From the NCBI RefSeq assembly GCF_001457615.1, contig NZ_LN831024.1, positions 3,420,001-3,452,000 on the forward strand: a stretch of 32,000 nt of DNA. The letters run 5' to 3'. A program made the translations under genes and the position numbers. The notes under the pieces were generated by a model. It saw nothing but the letters and a program-made list of their open reading frames with translations, was not told where the DNA came from and did not search any database. This DNA comes from Pseudomonas aeruginosa. GTDB taxonomy: Bacteria > Pseudomonadota > Gammaproteobacteria > Pseudomonadales > Pseudomonadaceae. Of the stretch, positions 1 to 11,485 are shown one piece after another (within the stretch, counting starts at the first letter, position 1; each line of letters begins with the position of its first letter).

Positions 1-467
1 TCCGTCGTGCCGAACGTTGCGCCGAGGCCTTGCGCGAAGCGCGCCTGGCCCTGGCCCACAGCCATTCCCGGCGACCGTTGTGTCGCTACGCGGAACTGGA
101 CGACGAGGCGCCCTGGCTACCCAGAAGCCTCGCCGAGGCTGAGCGGGCGTTCCGCCTGGTCCTCGGCGCCCTCCACGACTATGACGCGGCCAATGGCTCT
201 GCACTGCTATACACGCTGCAGGTCTTTCTCGAGGAAAACAGGTCCTGGTTGAACGCCGCGCAGCGGCTACACATACACAAGCAGAGCCTGGTCTACCGGA
301 TACGCCGCATCGAGGAAATCAGCGGTCGCTCGCTGGACAGCACCGCCGATGTGGCGACCCTCTGGTTCGCCTTGCAGGCAACCCGGCTGTCGCCGGAAGC
401 GAGGGGCAGGACGGCGAAGAGCAGCCTCCTGGAGCAGTCCGCGCACCATGGCGGCGACATGGACTGA
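1..467 (+). CDS. PucR/CdaR-family transcriptional regulator, C-terminal part (5' end lies outside the window)
   Basis: The frame containing nt 3 is open from the window edge to TGA 465-467. The C-terminal HTH-like segment LNAAQRLHIHKQSLVYRIRRIEEISG is typical of the PucR C-terminal domain. Third codon positions are GC-rich. Confidence 0.7.
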   Translation, partial: RRAERCAEALREARLALAHSHSRRPLCRYAELDDEAPWLPRSLAEAERAFRLVLGALHDYDAANGSALLYTLQVFLEENRSWLNAAQRLHIHKQSLVYRIRRIEEISGRSLDSTADVATLWFALQATRLSPEARGRTAKSSLLEQSAHHGGDMD

Positions 468-1035
468 CGGCGGAGCCCGATACCTGGCGCTTGCAGGGCG
501 ACGCCGCCGCCAACAGGCGCGGCCAGGAACGGTTGCCTGGCAGCGGCGTGGCCTGTGGATGCCGGACCACGGTGCATCGCAGCGAGCGTCTTTGCGAATG
601 CATTAATCCCCCTTGCTAGCTAGCCACCCCGCCGCTGGAGCGGCGCGGCCCGCGCTTCTAGGCTCGAACGGTAAGACGGAAGCCCATCGGCGCGGCGCAA
701 AGGAGGCCTGCGATGCGTAACGGAATCGACGCTGTATCCGCCCCGCTACCCACCCTGTTCGTATCTCCGCCGGCGGTCTTCACCGCCTCCCTCGAGCGAC
801 TTCCCCCACGCGCTCGGCAGGCCCCCGCCGCCCAGCGCCCGCCGGGGTCGCCCGGCATTCCCGGCAGCGCCCGGTTGCAGACTGGCGCCACCACGTCTCA
901 CTGACGTCCCAACGCCGACGGCCATACCGTCGCAAGCGCTTCATCCCCCCGCGATCCGCCCGTCGCGCTCGTCCCCATCGGGACCAACCGGGCCGCCCCC
1001 GGCCCGCTCCTTCGAACCTGCGTGGAGTCCATCCC

Positions 1036-2262
1036 ATGAACGGAAGCAGATCCACCTTTCTCTACCTTCTCGCCGCCGCCGGCCTGGCGCTGACACCCGC
1101 GGCCCAGGCCGACCGGGGCAACGACGTGGTCGCCCGGCTCAACCAGTTGTACAACGACACCCGCCAGGATTGCGGCGGACCGTCGAAGCCGGCATTCCTC
1201 TGTTCCGGCGTGCTGTTCCGCGCCACCTGGCCTTCGACCGACTACATGTTCTACAGCATCAGTCCGAAGAGCCAGAAAAGCGGCGGCGTCTCCGCCTCCT
1301 ACCTGCGCAAGGACGCCAAGTACCGCAAGCTCGCCTATGGCCTGAAGAGTGGCTTCATCTTCGACACCATCTTCGGTAATCCGAAGGACCACCAGGACTA
1401 TGCGGTGCTCTGTTCCTTCCCCATCGACGCCGCCACCGACGACCGCGCCCAGCAGGGTTGCACCGATTCGCGGCGCACGCCGAACAGCGTCGAGAAGTCC
1501 TGCCAGGACATCAACGTCAGCACCGCCGAGCAGTGGGCGGCGAACTACCGGCAGAACCGCGGCGACCATTCGCGGCAGTGCTCCTTCGACGTCCGCGACG
1601 AGCGCAATACCGCCGCCGGCCCGGCCTTCTACCAGAGCATCCGGGCGATGGCGCAGATCGCCGACGAATCCTTCACCACCCAGAACGAACTGCGCCTGGC
1701 CAAGTGGGAGGAAAACCCGCCGAAGTCGCCGTCGATCCTCGCCGCGTTCTACACCGAGGACGCCGGCCTGGAGGGCGCTCGGCTCAACCAGATCCAGTGG
1801 TATCAGTCGGTCCAGGCATTCCTCCCGATCATCAACATGCGACTGCCGCAGACCCGCCAGCAGGACGCGCAGTTCGCCTACGACGGGCGTAAGCAGGCGA
1901 TCTACCCGACCAGCGAGAAGAATGCCTGCGAGCGCTATGTGGAAAGCGCCACCTGGGTGGAGCGCGACGATCCGGGCTTCAGGAAGAAGATCATGACCCT
2001 GGAAGTGGTACCGACCGATTGCGGGCGCAAGATCCAGGACAACCAGACCAACAATTTCTTCAACGAGCTGGTGGTCGACCACTACCTGGACAGCGAATGG
2101 AAGGACAACCCGGACAACCGCGACAGCAATATCGGCAGCATGCGCCGACAACTGGTCTGCCACTTCAACGTCGCCCGCAACAAGCCCGAGTGGAACCTGG
2201 AACCCTCGCGGCCGTACACCTCCAACGAGGACTCCATCGCCAAGGGCTGCAATAACACCTGA
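1036..2262 (+). CDS. secreted halovibrin (HvnA)-like protein, putative ADP-ribosyltransferase/NADase family
   Basis: 408-aa ORF with GGAG about 9 nt upstream of the ATG. Sec signal peptide (LALTPAAQA/DRGN) and a Cys-rich mature region. I recall this as the P. aeruginosa homologue of Vibrio fischeri halovibrin; no catalytic motif was verified. Confidence 0.75.
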   Translation: MNGSRSTFLYLLAAAGLALTPAAQADRGNDVVARLNQLYNDTRQDCGGPSKPAFLCSGVLFRATWPSTDYMFYSISPKSQKSGGVSASYLRKDAKYRKLAYGLKSGFIFDTIFGNPKDHQDYAVLCSFPIDAATDDRAQQGCTDSRRTPNSVEKSCQDINVSTAEQWAANYRQNRGDHSRQCSFDVRDERNTAAGPAFYQSIRAMAQIADESFTTQNELRLAKWEENPPKSPSILAAFYTEDAGLEGARLNQIQWYQSVQAFLPIINMRLPQTRQQDAQFAYDGRKQAIYPTSEKNACERYVESATWVERDDPGFRKKIMTLEVVPTDCGRKIQDNQTNNFFNELVVDHYLDSEWKDNPDNRDSNIGSMRRQLVCHFNVARNKPEWNLEPSRPYTSNEDSIAKGCNNT

Positions 2263-2270
2263 GGCCGCTC

Positions 2271-2297
2271 CGCGGGGGCGCTACGGCGTCCCCTGCG
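2271..2297 (+). terminator. hairpin immediately after the halovibrin-like stop codon (weak intrinsic terminator candidate)
   Basis: CGCGGGGG (2271-2278) pairs with CCCCTGCG (2290-2297): 8 bp including one G-U, 11-nt loop. No adjacent T-tract; CTTTT lies about 15 nt downstream. Confidence 0.3.
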
Positions 2298-2368
2298 AAC
2301 AGCGATATGGCCTTTTGATATCACACGCTCTACCATGCCGTCTTTCCAAGCCGCCAGGGAACGAACGC

Positions 2369-3049
2369 ATGGCTTTCGATGCCGCCCGCTATGTCCACCG
2401 CTACTACGCCAGCCTGGCGCCCGCCCCGGGCAACGAATACCCGCGCCTGAGGGCCTGGGAGTACCTCTGGGAGTATGTCTGGGACCCCAGTCGCAGCTGG
2501 GACGACCTGACCGCCCCCGAACAGCTCGACACCACCGCCCTGCACCTGGGTTTCTACCTGGCCAACTGGGGCATGTTCCGTGGCTCCTCGGGACTGCTGC
2601 AGAACAGCAACCTGGACCTGATGAAAGCGCTGGCCCGGCAGCTCTTCAGCGGTGCCGGACCGGAACTCTTCGAGCTGTCCCTGGTGGATTTCGCCGGCAA
2701 CGGCGCGCGCCTGGCGCACAACCGCAAGCTGCTGGAAACGGTACTCGGGTCGATGGACGCCCTCAGCAGCCGGGTGAGCTGGACCGACACCCTGAAGAGC
2801 AAGATCCTGCTCGGCGTCTGGGGCGAGTTTCCCGCCCTCGACCGCCACTACGTGGCCGCCTGTCGCGCGCTGTATCCACGCCGGGGCCTGACGAGCGTCA
2901 ACGGCGGGACCCTCACCGCGCTGCACCGCCTGATCGGCGAAGAAAGGCTGTCGTTCCCGCGCCTGGAGACCGCCCGCAAGGGGCTCCTCTACCCCACCGG
3001 GCGCCTGGCCGACATGGCTTTCTTCCAGTACGGCCTGGAAAACGCTTGA
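2369..3049 (+). CDS. hypothetical protein (no recognisable motif)
   Basis: The ORF 2315-3049 begins at an alternative start codon. The first ATG at 2369 (MAFDAARYVHRYY...) has AGGGA 8 nt upstream. High GC3. Family unknown to me. Confidence 0.65.
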   Translation: MAFDAARYVHRYYASLAPAPGNEYPRLRAWEYLWEYVWDPSRSWDDLTAPEQLDTTALHLGFYLANWGMFRGSSGLLQNSNLDLMKALARQLFSGAGPELFELSLVDFAGNGARLAHNRKLLETVLGSMDALSSRVSWTDTLKSKILLGVWGEFPALDRHYVAACRALYPRRGLTSVNGGTLTALHRLIGEERLSFPRLETARKGLLYPTGRLADMAFFQYGLENA

Positions 3050-3099
3050 GGCGCTGCGCCGCCGATCCGGGGGACTTGTAGGCATGCCCTCGCTGTAAG

Positions 3100-3118
3100 T
3101 AGTATGAGACTCATTCTC
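3100..3118 (+). promoter_or_regulatory. candidate Fur box upstream of femI
   Basis: TAGTATGAGACTCATTCTC matches the Fur consensus GATAATGATAATCATTATC at 13 of 19 positions (counted by hand). It is AT-rich and sits 23 nt upstream of the femI ATG. Iron-starvation ECF sigma genes are typically Fur-repressed. Confidence 0.45.
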
Positions 3119-3140
3119 AATTACAACAGCGATCCCCTCC

Positions 3141-3647
3141 ATGCCGCCGGCCGACGCCTCCCTGCACGACGCTGTGAGCCATCTCTACCAGGACCACCAT
3201 GGCTGGCTGCAAGGCTGGTTGCGGCGACGCCTGGGCTGCGCGGAAAACGCCGCCGACCTGGCCCAGGACACCTTCGCCCGCCTGCTCGCCTCGCGCCGGG
3301 TACTGGATGCGCGCGAACCGCGCGCCTACCTGACCACCGTCGCCAAGGGGCTGATGATCAACTGGTTCCAGCGCCAGTCGCTGGAGCGCGCCTACCTCGA
3401 TGCCCTGGCCAACCTCCCGGAAGACCTCGCGCCGCCGCCGGAACAGCGGTTGATGGTGCTGGAAACCCTGCATGAAGTAGACGCCCTGCTCGGCAGCCTG
3501 CCGGACAGGGTCCGCCAGGCGTTTCTCCTGGCGCAGATCGAAGGCCTGAAGTACGAAGCCATCGCCGAGCGCCTGGGCGTGTCCCTGGGTTCGGTCAAGC
3601 GCTACATGCAGCAGGCCTTCCGCCAGTGCCTGGAGCTGATGGAATGA
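3141..3647 (+). CDS. femI: FecI-type iron-starvation ECF sigma factor FemI
   Basis: 168 aa. Sigma-70 region 2 (DLAQDTFARLL) and region 4 HTH (YEAIAERLGVSLGSVKRYMQQA). ATGA overlap with a FecR-type gene, followed by a TonB receptor that has a signalling domain. Gene name from recalled PAO1 synteny. Confidence 0.9.
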   Translation: MPPADASLHDAVSHLYQDHHGWLQGWLRRRLGCAENAADLAQDTFARLLASRRVLDAREPRAYLTTVAKGLMINWFQRQSLERAYLDALANLPEDLAPPPEQRLMVLETLHEVDALLGSLPDRVRQAFLLAQIEGLKYEAIAERLGVSLGSVKRYMQQAFRQCLELME

Positions 3648-4594
3648 ACGCCGCGGACGAAGGCCGGATTCCCTCGCCGATCCTCGACGAGGCCGCCGAG
3701 TGGCTGGTGCGCCTGCAGGACAGCGGCTGCACCGACGACACGCGCCAGGCCTGCGCCCAGTGGCGGCAGCGCAGCCCGCAGCACGCCCATGCCTGGGAGC
3801 GCGCCGAGCGCCTGCTGCAATGCCTCGGCCGACTGCCGCCGGCGCTGGCCCTGCCGACCCTCGGCCGCGAGCGCGGGCTGGACCGGCGGCGCGCGATCAA
3901 GCACCTCGCCCTGGTCCTCGGCGGCGCCTCGCTGGGGCTCGCCACCTGGCAGGCCGAACCGTTGCGCGACTGGCTGGCCGACCAGCGCACCGGCGTCGGC
4001 GAACAGCGCCGCCTGACCCTGCCCGACGGCAGCCTGCTGACCCTGAACACCGACAGCGCCGTGGACCTGGCCTTCGACGCCAGCCAGCGGCTGGTACGCC
4101 TGCTGCGCGGCGAGATCTTCGTCGATAGCCGCGCCGACCCGCGTCCGTTCCGCGTCGCCACCGCCGAAGCGCGGCTGCATGCCGGTGCCGCCCGCTTCAA
4201 CGTACGCCAGGAGATGGCCGCGACCCGGGTCGCGGTACTCGCCGGGCGGGTCGAACTGAGCCCGCTCCACGGACGCGGGCGCTGGCTGGAAAGCGGCGAA
4301 TCGGTGCGCCTGGGCGCCGACGGCGAAGCGCGCCGGCTGGCCTTCGACGGCCTGCCGGACGCCTGGACCCGCGGCATGCTGATGGCCGACCGGATGCCGC
4401 TGGCCGAGGTGCTCGCCGAACTCGCCCGCTACCGTCGCGGCGTACTGCGCTGCGACCCGCAACTGGCCAGGCTGGCGGTGTCGGGCGCCTATCCGCTGCT
4501 GGACCTGCGGCGCACGCTGGGCATGCTGCAGGCCACCTATCCGCTGAAGGTGCGCGGGGTGACCGACTACTGGATCAGCCTGGTGCCGGCGTGA
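3644..4594 (+). CDS. femR: FecR-type transmembrane anti-sigma/sigma regulator FemR
   Basis: ATG 3644 overlaps the femI TGA (ATGA). 316 aa. N-terminal anti-sigma segment (ILDEAAEWLVRLQD), a central hydrophobic helix, and a FecR domain motif (LTLPDGSLLTLNTDSAVDL). Confidence 0.9.
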   Translation: MNAADEGRIPSPILDEAAEWLVRLQDSGCTDDTRQACAQWRQRSPQHAHAWERAERLLQCLGRLPPALALPTLGRERGLDRRRAIKHLALVLGGASLGLATWQAEPLRDWLADQRTGVGEQRRLTLPDGSLLTLNTDSAVDLAFDASQRLVRLLRGEIFVDSRADPRPFRVATAEARLHAGAARFNVRQEMAATRVAVLAGRVELSPLHGRGRWLESGESVRLGADGEARRLAFDGLPDAWTRGMLMADRMPLAEVLAELARYRRGVLRCDPQLARLAVSGAYPLLDLRRTLGMLQATYPLKVRGVTDYWISLVPA

Positions 4595-4723
4595 CGGCGC
4601 GGCCGCCATCCCCGTGGCAACCGCCCCATCGCGTCCACCCCGGCAGGCCGTCCGCCGTTGCGCCGGAACAGGCGTTGCCATCGACATACCGTGCTCCGCA
4701 GAAAAATAACCGCCTCGACCTGA

Positions 4724-7216
<2,493 letters not shown>

Positions 7217-7256
7217 GTCCGCCCCACCATAACCAGAAACCGCCGATGACCAGCCA

Positions 7257-8408
7257 ATGACCGCGAAAACCCTGCGCACCTGGTACCTGGTGCACAAATG
7301 GACCAGCCTGATCTCCACGATCTTCCTGCTGATGCTTTGCCTCACCGGGTTGCCGCTGATCTTCCACGAGGAGATCGAGCACTACTTCGAGCCGCATCCG
7401 CAGCTCGAGCCGCTCACCGCCGAGTCGCCGCGCATCGACTACGACGACGTGATCGCCCGCGCCCTGGCCGCCCGGCCGGGCGAAGTGGTGCGCTTCCTGG
7501 TATTCGAAAAGGACGACCCGCTGGGCCTGGTGATCAGCGCGCCGAGCCTGGTACCGCCGCCGGAGAACGGCCACATGCAGCCGTTCGACGCGCGCACCGG
7601 GGAATTCTTCGACGCGCTGCCGCCGCCGGGCGGCTTCATGTACCTGATGCTGAAGCTGCACACCGACCTGTTCCTCGGCCTGCCCGGCTACCTGTTCCTC
7701 GGCCTGATGGGCCTGCTGCTGGTGGCCTCGCTGGTGTCCGGGGTGGTGGTATACACGCCGTTCATGCGCAAGCTGGACTTCGCCACGGTACGCGCCGAAC
7801 GCAGCCGTCGCCTGAAGTGGCTGGACCTGCACAACCTGCTGGGCATCGTCACCCTGTCCTGGGTACTGGTGGTCGGCGTGACCGGAGTGATCAACACCCT
7901 GGCCCTGCCAATCCTGATGCTCTGGCAAGGCGGGCAGTTGGCGGAAATGACCGCGCCCTACAAGGACGCGCCGCCGCTACAGCGCCTCGGCTCGCTCGAC
8001 GCGGCCCTGGCCACGGCACGCCGGGCGGCGCCGGACATGGAGGTCAGCTTCGTCGGCTTCCCCGGCACCCAGTTCAGCAGCCAGCATCACTATGCGGTGT
8101 TCATGCGCGGCAACACGCCGCTCACCGAGCGCCTGCTGAAGCCGGCACTGATCGACGCGCAGAGCGGCGAACTCACCGACATGCGCGAGATGCCGCTGTA
8201 CGTGAAGACGCTCCTGCTGTCGCAGCCGCTGCACTTCGGCGACTACGGCGGCATGCCGCTGAAGATCGTCTGGGCGCTGCTCGACCTCGTCAGCATCGTC
8301 ATCCTCGCCAGCGGTCTCTACCTCTGGCTCGGCCGACGCAAGACGCCATTGGAGAAGCGCCTGGCGGAACTGCCGGACGGCAGCCTGGCGACGGAGGGCA
8401 AGGCATGA
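7257..8408 (+). CDS. PepSY-associated transmembrane protein (FoxB/PiuB-like putative ferric-siderophore reductase)
   Basis: 383 aa, starting 40 nt after femA. The N-terminus LRTWYLVHKWTSLISTIFLLMLCLTGLPLIFHEEIEHYF and several TM helices are typical of the PepSY_TM family. Confidence 0.85.
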   Translation: MTAKTLRTWYLVHKWTSLISTIFLLMLCLTGLPLIFHEEIEHYFEPHPQLEPLTAESPRIDYDDVIARALAARPGEVVRFLVFEKDDPLGLVISAPSLVPPPENGHMQPFDARTGEFFDALPPPGGFMYLMLKLHTDLFLGLPGYLFLGLMGLLLVASLVSGVVVYTPFMRKLDFATVRAERSRRLKWLDLHNLLGIVTLSWVLVVGVTGVINTLALPILMLWQGGQLAEMTAPYKDAPPLQRLGSLDAALATARRAAPDMEVSFVGFPGTQFSSQHHYAVFMRGNTPLTERLLKPALIDAQSGELTDMREMPLYVKTLLLSQPLHFGDYGGMPLKIVWALLDLVSIVILASGLYLWLGRRKTPLEKRLAELPDGSLATEGKA

Positions 8409-8593
8409 GGCGCGGTCTCTGGATGATCTTCCGCTGGCCCCTGCTACTGGCCCTGCTCGGCCTCTTCGGGCTGCTCTCGGCGCTGCTCGGCGACGGCCTC
8501 TACGACCTGCTCTCCTGGCTCGCCCTGGGCACTCCGCTGGTGCTGGTCGGCTGGGTCTGGCTGCGCCTGCCGCGAACCCGAAGGAACCCCTGA
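8405..8593 (+). CDS. small (62 aa) two-helix membrane protein, translationally coupled between the PepSY and MFS genes
   Basis: ATG 8405 overlaps the PepSY TGA (ATGA). The stop at 8591-8593 lies 1 nt before the MFS ATG. Sequence MRRGLWMIFRWPLLLALLGLFGLLSALLGDGLYDLLSWLALGTPLVLVGWVWLRLPRTRRNP. About 90% of third positions are G or C by hand count. In the ORF track it is hidden in the tail of the 7298-8593 ORF. Confidence 0.55.
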   Translation: MRRGLWMIFRWPLLLALLGLFGLLSALLGDGLYDLLSWLALGTPLVLVGWVWLRLPRTRRNP

Positions 8594-8594
8594 G

Positions 8595-9806
8595 ATGACC
8601 ACCCCGCCGCCCTCCGCCAACACCCTGGACCTGCGTCCGCTGATGTTCGAGACCTTCGTCTGCACCCTCGCGGTGATGTCCTTCGTCGCCCTGGTCGGCC
8701 CGCTCGCCCGCAAGCTCGGCCTGGCGCCCTGGCAGGCCGGCGCCGCGGTGACCGTCGGCGGCATCGCCTGGATGCTCGCGGCGCGGCCCTGGGGCATCGC
8801 CAGCGACCGGCATGGGCGACGGCGGATACTGCTCGGCGGGCTGGCCGGCTTCGCCCTCTCCTACGGCTCGCTCTGCCTGTTCATCGTGCTCGCCCTGCAC
8901 TGGACGTTGCCGACCCTGTTCGCCTTCGCCGGTATCGTTCTCCTGCGCGGCCTCGCCGGCGGTTTCTACGCCGCGGTGCCGGCCTGCACGGCGGCACTGG
9001 TGGCCGATCACGTCGAGGCGCAACGACGCGCCGCGGCGCTGGCCGGACTCGGCGCGGCCAGCGCGATAGGCATGGTGATCGGGCCGGGGCTGGCCGGACT
9101 GCTGGCGACTCACGGGCTGGTCCTGCCGTTGCTGGTCACCGGCGCGCTGCCCCTGGTCGCCCTGCTGGCGCTCTGGCGCTGGCTGCCGCGCGAGGAGCGT
9201 CGCCAGCCGAACCGCGGCGCCGCCCTGGCGATCGGCGACCGCCGCCTGCGGCGGCCGCTGGCGGTGGGCTTCGTGGCGATGTTCAGCGTCACCGTGGCGC
9301 AGATCACCGTGGGCTTCTTCGCCCTCGACCGGCTGCGCCTGGATTCCGCCGACGCCGCGCGGGTGGCCGGCATCGCCCTGACCGCAGTGGGCGTCGCGCT
9401 GATCCTGGCCCAGCTCCTGGTGCGCCGCCTGGACTGGCCACCGCCGCGACTGATCCGGGTCGGCGGGCTGGTCGCCGCCATCGGCTTCGCCGCCGTGTGC
9501 TTCGCCGACTCGCCGCCGCTGCTCTGGCTGGCCTTCTTCGTCGCCGCGGCGGGCATGGGTTGGGTATTCCCGGCAGTCTCGGCGCTCAACGCCAATGCCG
9601 TGCGCGCCGAGGAACAGGGTGCCGCCGCCGGCACCCTGGTGGCCGTACATGGCTTCGGCCTGATCAGCGGGCCGCTGCTCGGCACGCTGCTCCACCAATT
9701 GGACAGCCGCGCCCCCTACGCGCTGGTCGGTCTGCTGCTGGCGCTGGCGGCGTTCTGGCCGAGCCAACCGACGCGCCCCGTGGAAACGAGGAGCGAAGCA
9801 CCATGA
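8595..9806 (+). CDS. MFS transporter (12-TM type)
   Basis: 403 aa and highly hydrophobic. MFS motif A (GIASDRHGRRRILLGG) lies between predicted TM2 and TM3. Confidence 0.85.
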   Translation: MTTPPPSANTLDLRPLMFETFVCTLAVMSFVALVGPLARKLGLAPWQAGAAVTVGGIAWMLAARPWGIASDRHGRRRILLGGLAGFALSYGSLCLFIVLALHWTLPTLFAFAGIVLLRGLAGGFYAAVPACTAALVADHVEAQRRAAALAGLGAASAIGMVIGPGLAGLLATHGLVLPLLVTGALPLVALLALWRWLPREERRQPNRGAALAIGDRRLRRPLAVGFVAMFSVTVAQITVGFFALDRLRLDSADAARVAGIALTAVGVALILAQLLVRRLDWPPPRLIRVGGLVAAIGFAAVCFADSPPLLWLAFFVAAAGMGWVFPAVSALNANAVRAEEQGAAAGTLVAVHGFGLISGPLLGTLLHQLDSRAPYALVGLLLALAAFWPSQPTRPVETRSEAP

Positions 9807-11443
9807 CCGCTGTCGACCTGCTGCTGGTCGCGACCCTGCTGGCGGCCCTGCTCGCCTGGTGGATACCCGCCCTGCCCGGCCACCGTGGCCTGCTGGCGCT
9901 CGCCTCGACGCTGGCGCTCGGCGCCGGCCTGTACGCTGCATGGGACGACCGCTGGCAAGCCGGCGTCGGCGCCTTCGCCGGTTTCTCCCTGCTGCTCGGC
10001 GCCTGCCTGCGCCGGAAGCCCGAGCGCGGCCTGCCGTTCCGGACCGGTTCGCTGTACGGCCTGCTGGTGCTGCTGGCAATCGCCGCGCTGTACCTGTTCC
10101 CGGTCGCGCCGCTGCCGGCGCCGAGCGGCCCCTATGCGGTCGGCGTGCGCGATTTCGAACTGGATGACCCCAGCCGGCCCGGCCTGCTCGGCACCCCGGC
10201 CGGGCAGCCGCGGCGCCTGCTGGTACGCGCCTGGTACCCGGCACGCCCGATCGCCGGCGCCGCGCCGCGTCACTATTTCGATCCAGGCGAGGCGCGCAGC
10301 ACCGCGCGGGGCTTCGGTGAAATACTCGGTTTTCCGCCGTTGCTCGCCTACCTCAAGCACCTGCGCACCAATTCCTATCCGGACGCCCCGCTGCGCGACG
10401 ACTCCGCTCGCCTGCCGGTGGTGTTCTACAGCCATGGCTACAGCGCCTTCGCCGGCGGCAACTGGACCCTGATGGAAGAGCTGGCCAGCCACGGCTACGC
10501 GGTCTACGCCATCCAGCACAGCGGCGACGCGTCGCCGACCCGCCTGCCCGACGGCACGCTGCTGCCCATGGACCCCGGGCTGGTCGAACACCTGCGCCGG
10601 GCCGCCCACGACGGCTTGCCGCAGGCCATGCGCCAGGGCTATGTCAGCGACGATCTCGACCAGCGCCTCGACGGCCAGTTGCACACCGCCCTCGACCTGC
10701 CCGCCCCGGCCAACCGCGCCGTCAACCTCAGCGCGCCGGTATGGCTGGCCGACCGCCTGTTCGTCCATGACCGCCTGCAGGCCGGCGAGGTCCCGGACAG
10801 GGTCGCCGACCTGGTGGCCGCCAGCGACTTCGCGCACACCGGCGAGATGGGCATGTCCTTCGGCGGCTCGACCACCGGCGCGGTCTGCATGGTCGACCGA
10901 CGCTGCGCGGCGGCCGTCAACCTCGACGGCGGCGACTTCGACTTCGCGCCCTTCGATAGCGATTTCCCGGCACCGCTGCTGATGCTGCACGCCGACCTTG
11001 GCAACTTCTACCGGCTGTTCGGCATCGAACCGCCGGCCCGCCCGAGAAGCTTCAACGACTTTTCCTACGAACGCTTCGAGCACGCCGGCCAGCGCCAGGA
11101 CATTCATCGCCTGGTACTGCGCGATTCGGCCCATGCCGGGCTTACCGACAATCCGCTGTTCATCCGCCGGCCGCTGCGCGACGGGCTGCTCGGCTCGGCA
11201 CCGACGGAAGTCCTCATCCAGGCTCCCAACGCCCTGGTGCTGGGTTTCTTCGATCACTACCTGCGCGGCCGCGCCAACGACTTTCCGCAAGCGCAGATGG
11301 CGCGCTTCCCCGCCTGGCTGACGCGCTACGACAACTCGGCGGTGCGCGACTGGTGGCTGGCCAAGCCGGAAGCCCAGCGCCTGGCGCTGCGACAACGCAT
11401 CGACGAAATGAAACGGCGCAAGACCGGGCTGGATCTTCCCTGA
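9803..11443 (+). CDS. membrane-anchored alpha/beta hydrolase, platelet-activating-factor acetylhydrolase-like lipase/esterase
   Basis: ATG 9803 overlaps the MFS TGA (ATGA), with GAGGAG at 9789-9794. About 4 N-terminal TM helices. The segments PVVFYSHGYSAFAGGNWTLMEELASHGYAVYAIQHSGD and the nucleophile elbow GMSFGG resemble the PAF-AH family. Confidence 0.8.
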   Translation: MTAVDLLLVATLLAALLAWWIPALPGHRGLLALASTLALGAGLYAAWDDRWQAGVGAFAGFSLLLGACLRRKPERGLPFRTGSLYGLLVLLAIAALYLFPVAPLPAPSGPYAVGVRDFELDDPSRPGLLGTPAGQPRRLLVRAWYPARPIAGAAPRHYFDPGEARSTARGFGEILGFPPLLAYLKHLRTNSYPDAPLRDDSARLPVVFYSHGYSAFAGGNWTLMEELASHGYAVYAIQHSGDASPTRLPDGTLLPMDPGLVEHLRRAAHDGLPQAMRQGYVSDDLDQRLDGQLHTALDLPAPANRAVNLSAPVWLADRLFVHDRLQAGEVPDRVADLVAASDFAHTGEMGMSFGGSTTGAVCMVDRRCAAAVNLDGGDFDFAPFDSDFPAPLLMLHADLGNFYRLFGIEPPARPRSFNDFSYERFEHAGQRQDIHRLVLRDSAHAGLTDNPLFIRRPLRDGLLGSAPTEVLIQAPNALVLGFFDHYLRGRANDFPQAQMARFPAWLTRYDNSAVRDWWLAKPEAQRLALRQRIDEMKRRKTGLDLP

Positions 11444-11485
11444 CGACGGGTTACAGTGGGCGCCCCATCTGCGGAGCGCCGCCCC

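Noticed and set aside
615-624. GCTAGCTAGC 10-bp palindrome in the long intergenic region
   Set aside because: It is too short to distinguish from chance, and I know of no regulator motif that matches. It is mentioned only as context in the small-ORF finding.
898-2163. 421-aa minus-strand ORF antisense to the halovibrin-like gene
   Set aside because: It is a shadow ORF typical of 66% GC DNA. The composition is low-complexity and rich in Ala, Gly, Val and Arg. There is no SD, and it is fully antisense to a gene with a signal peptide and coherent sequence.
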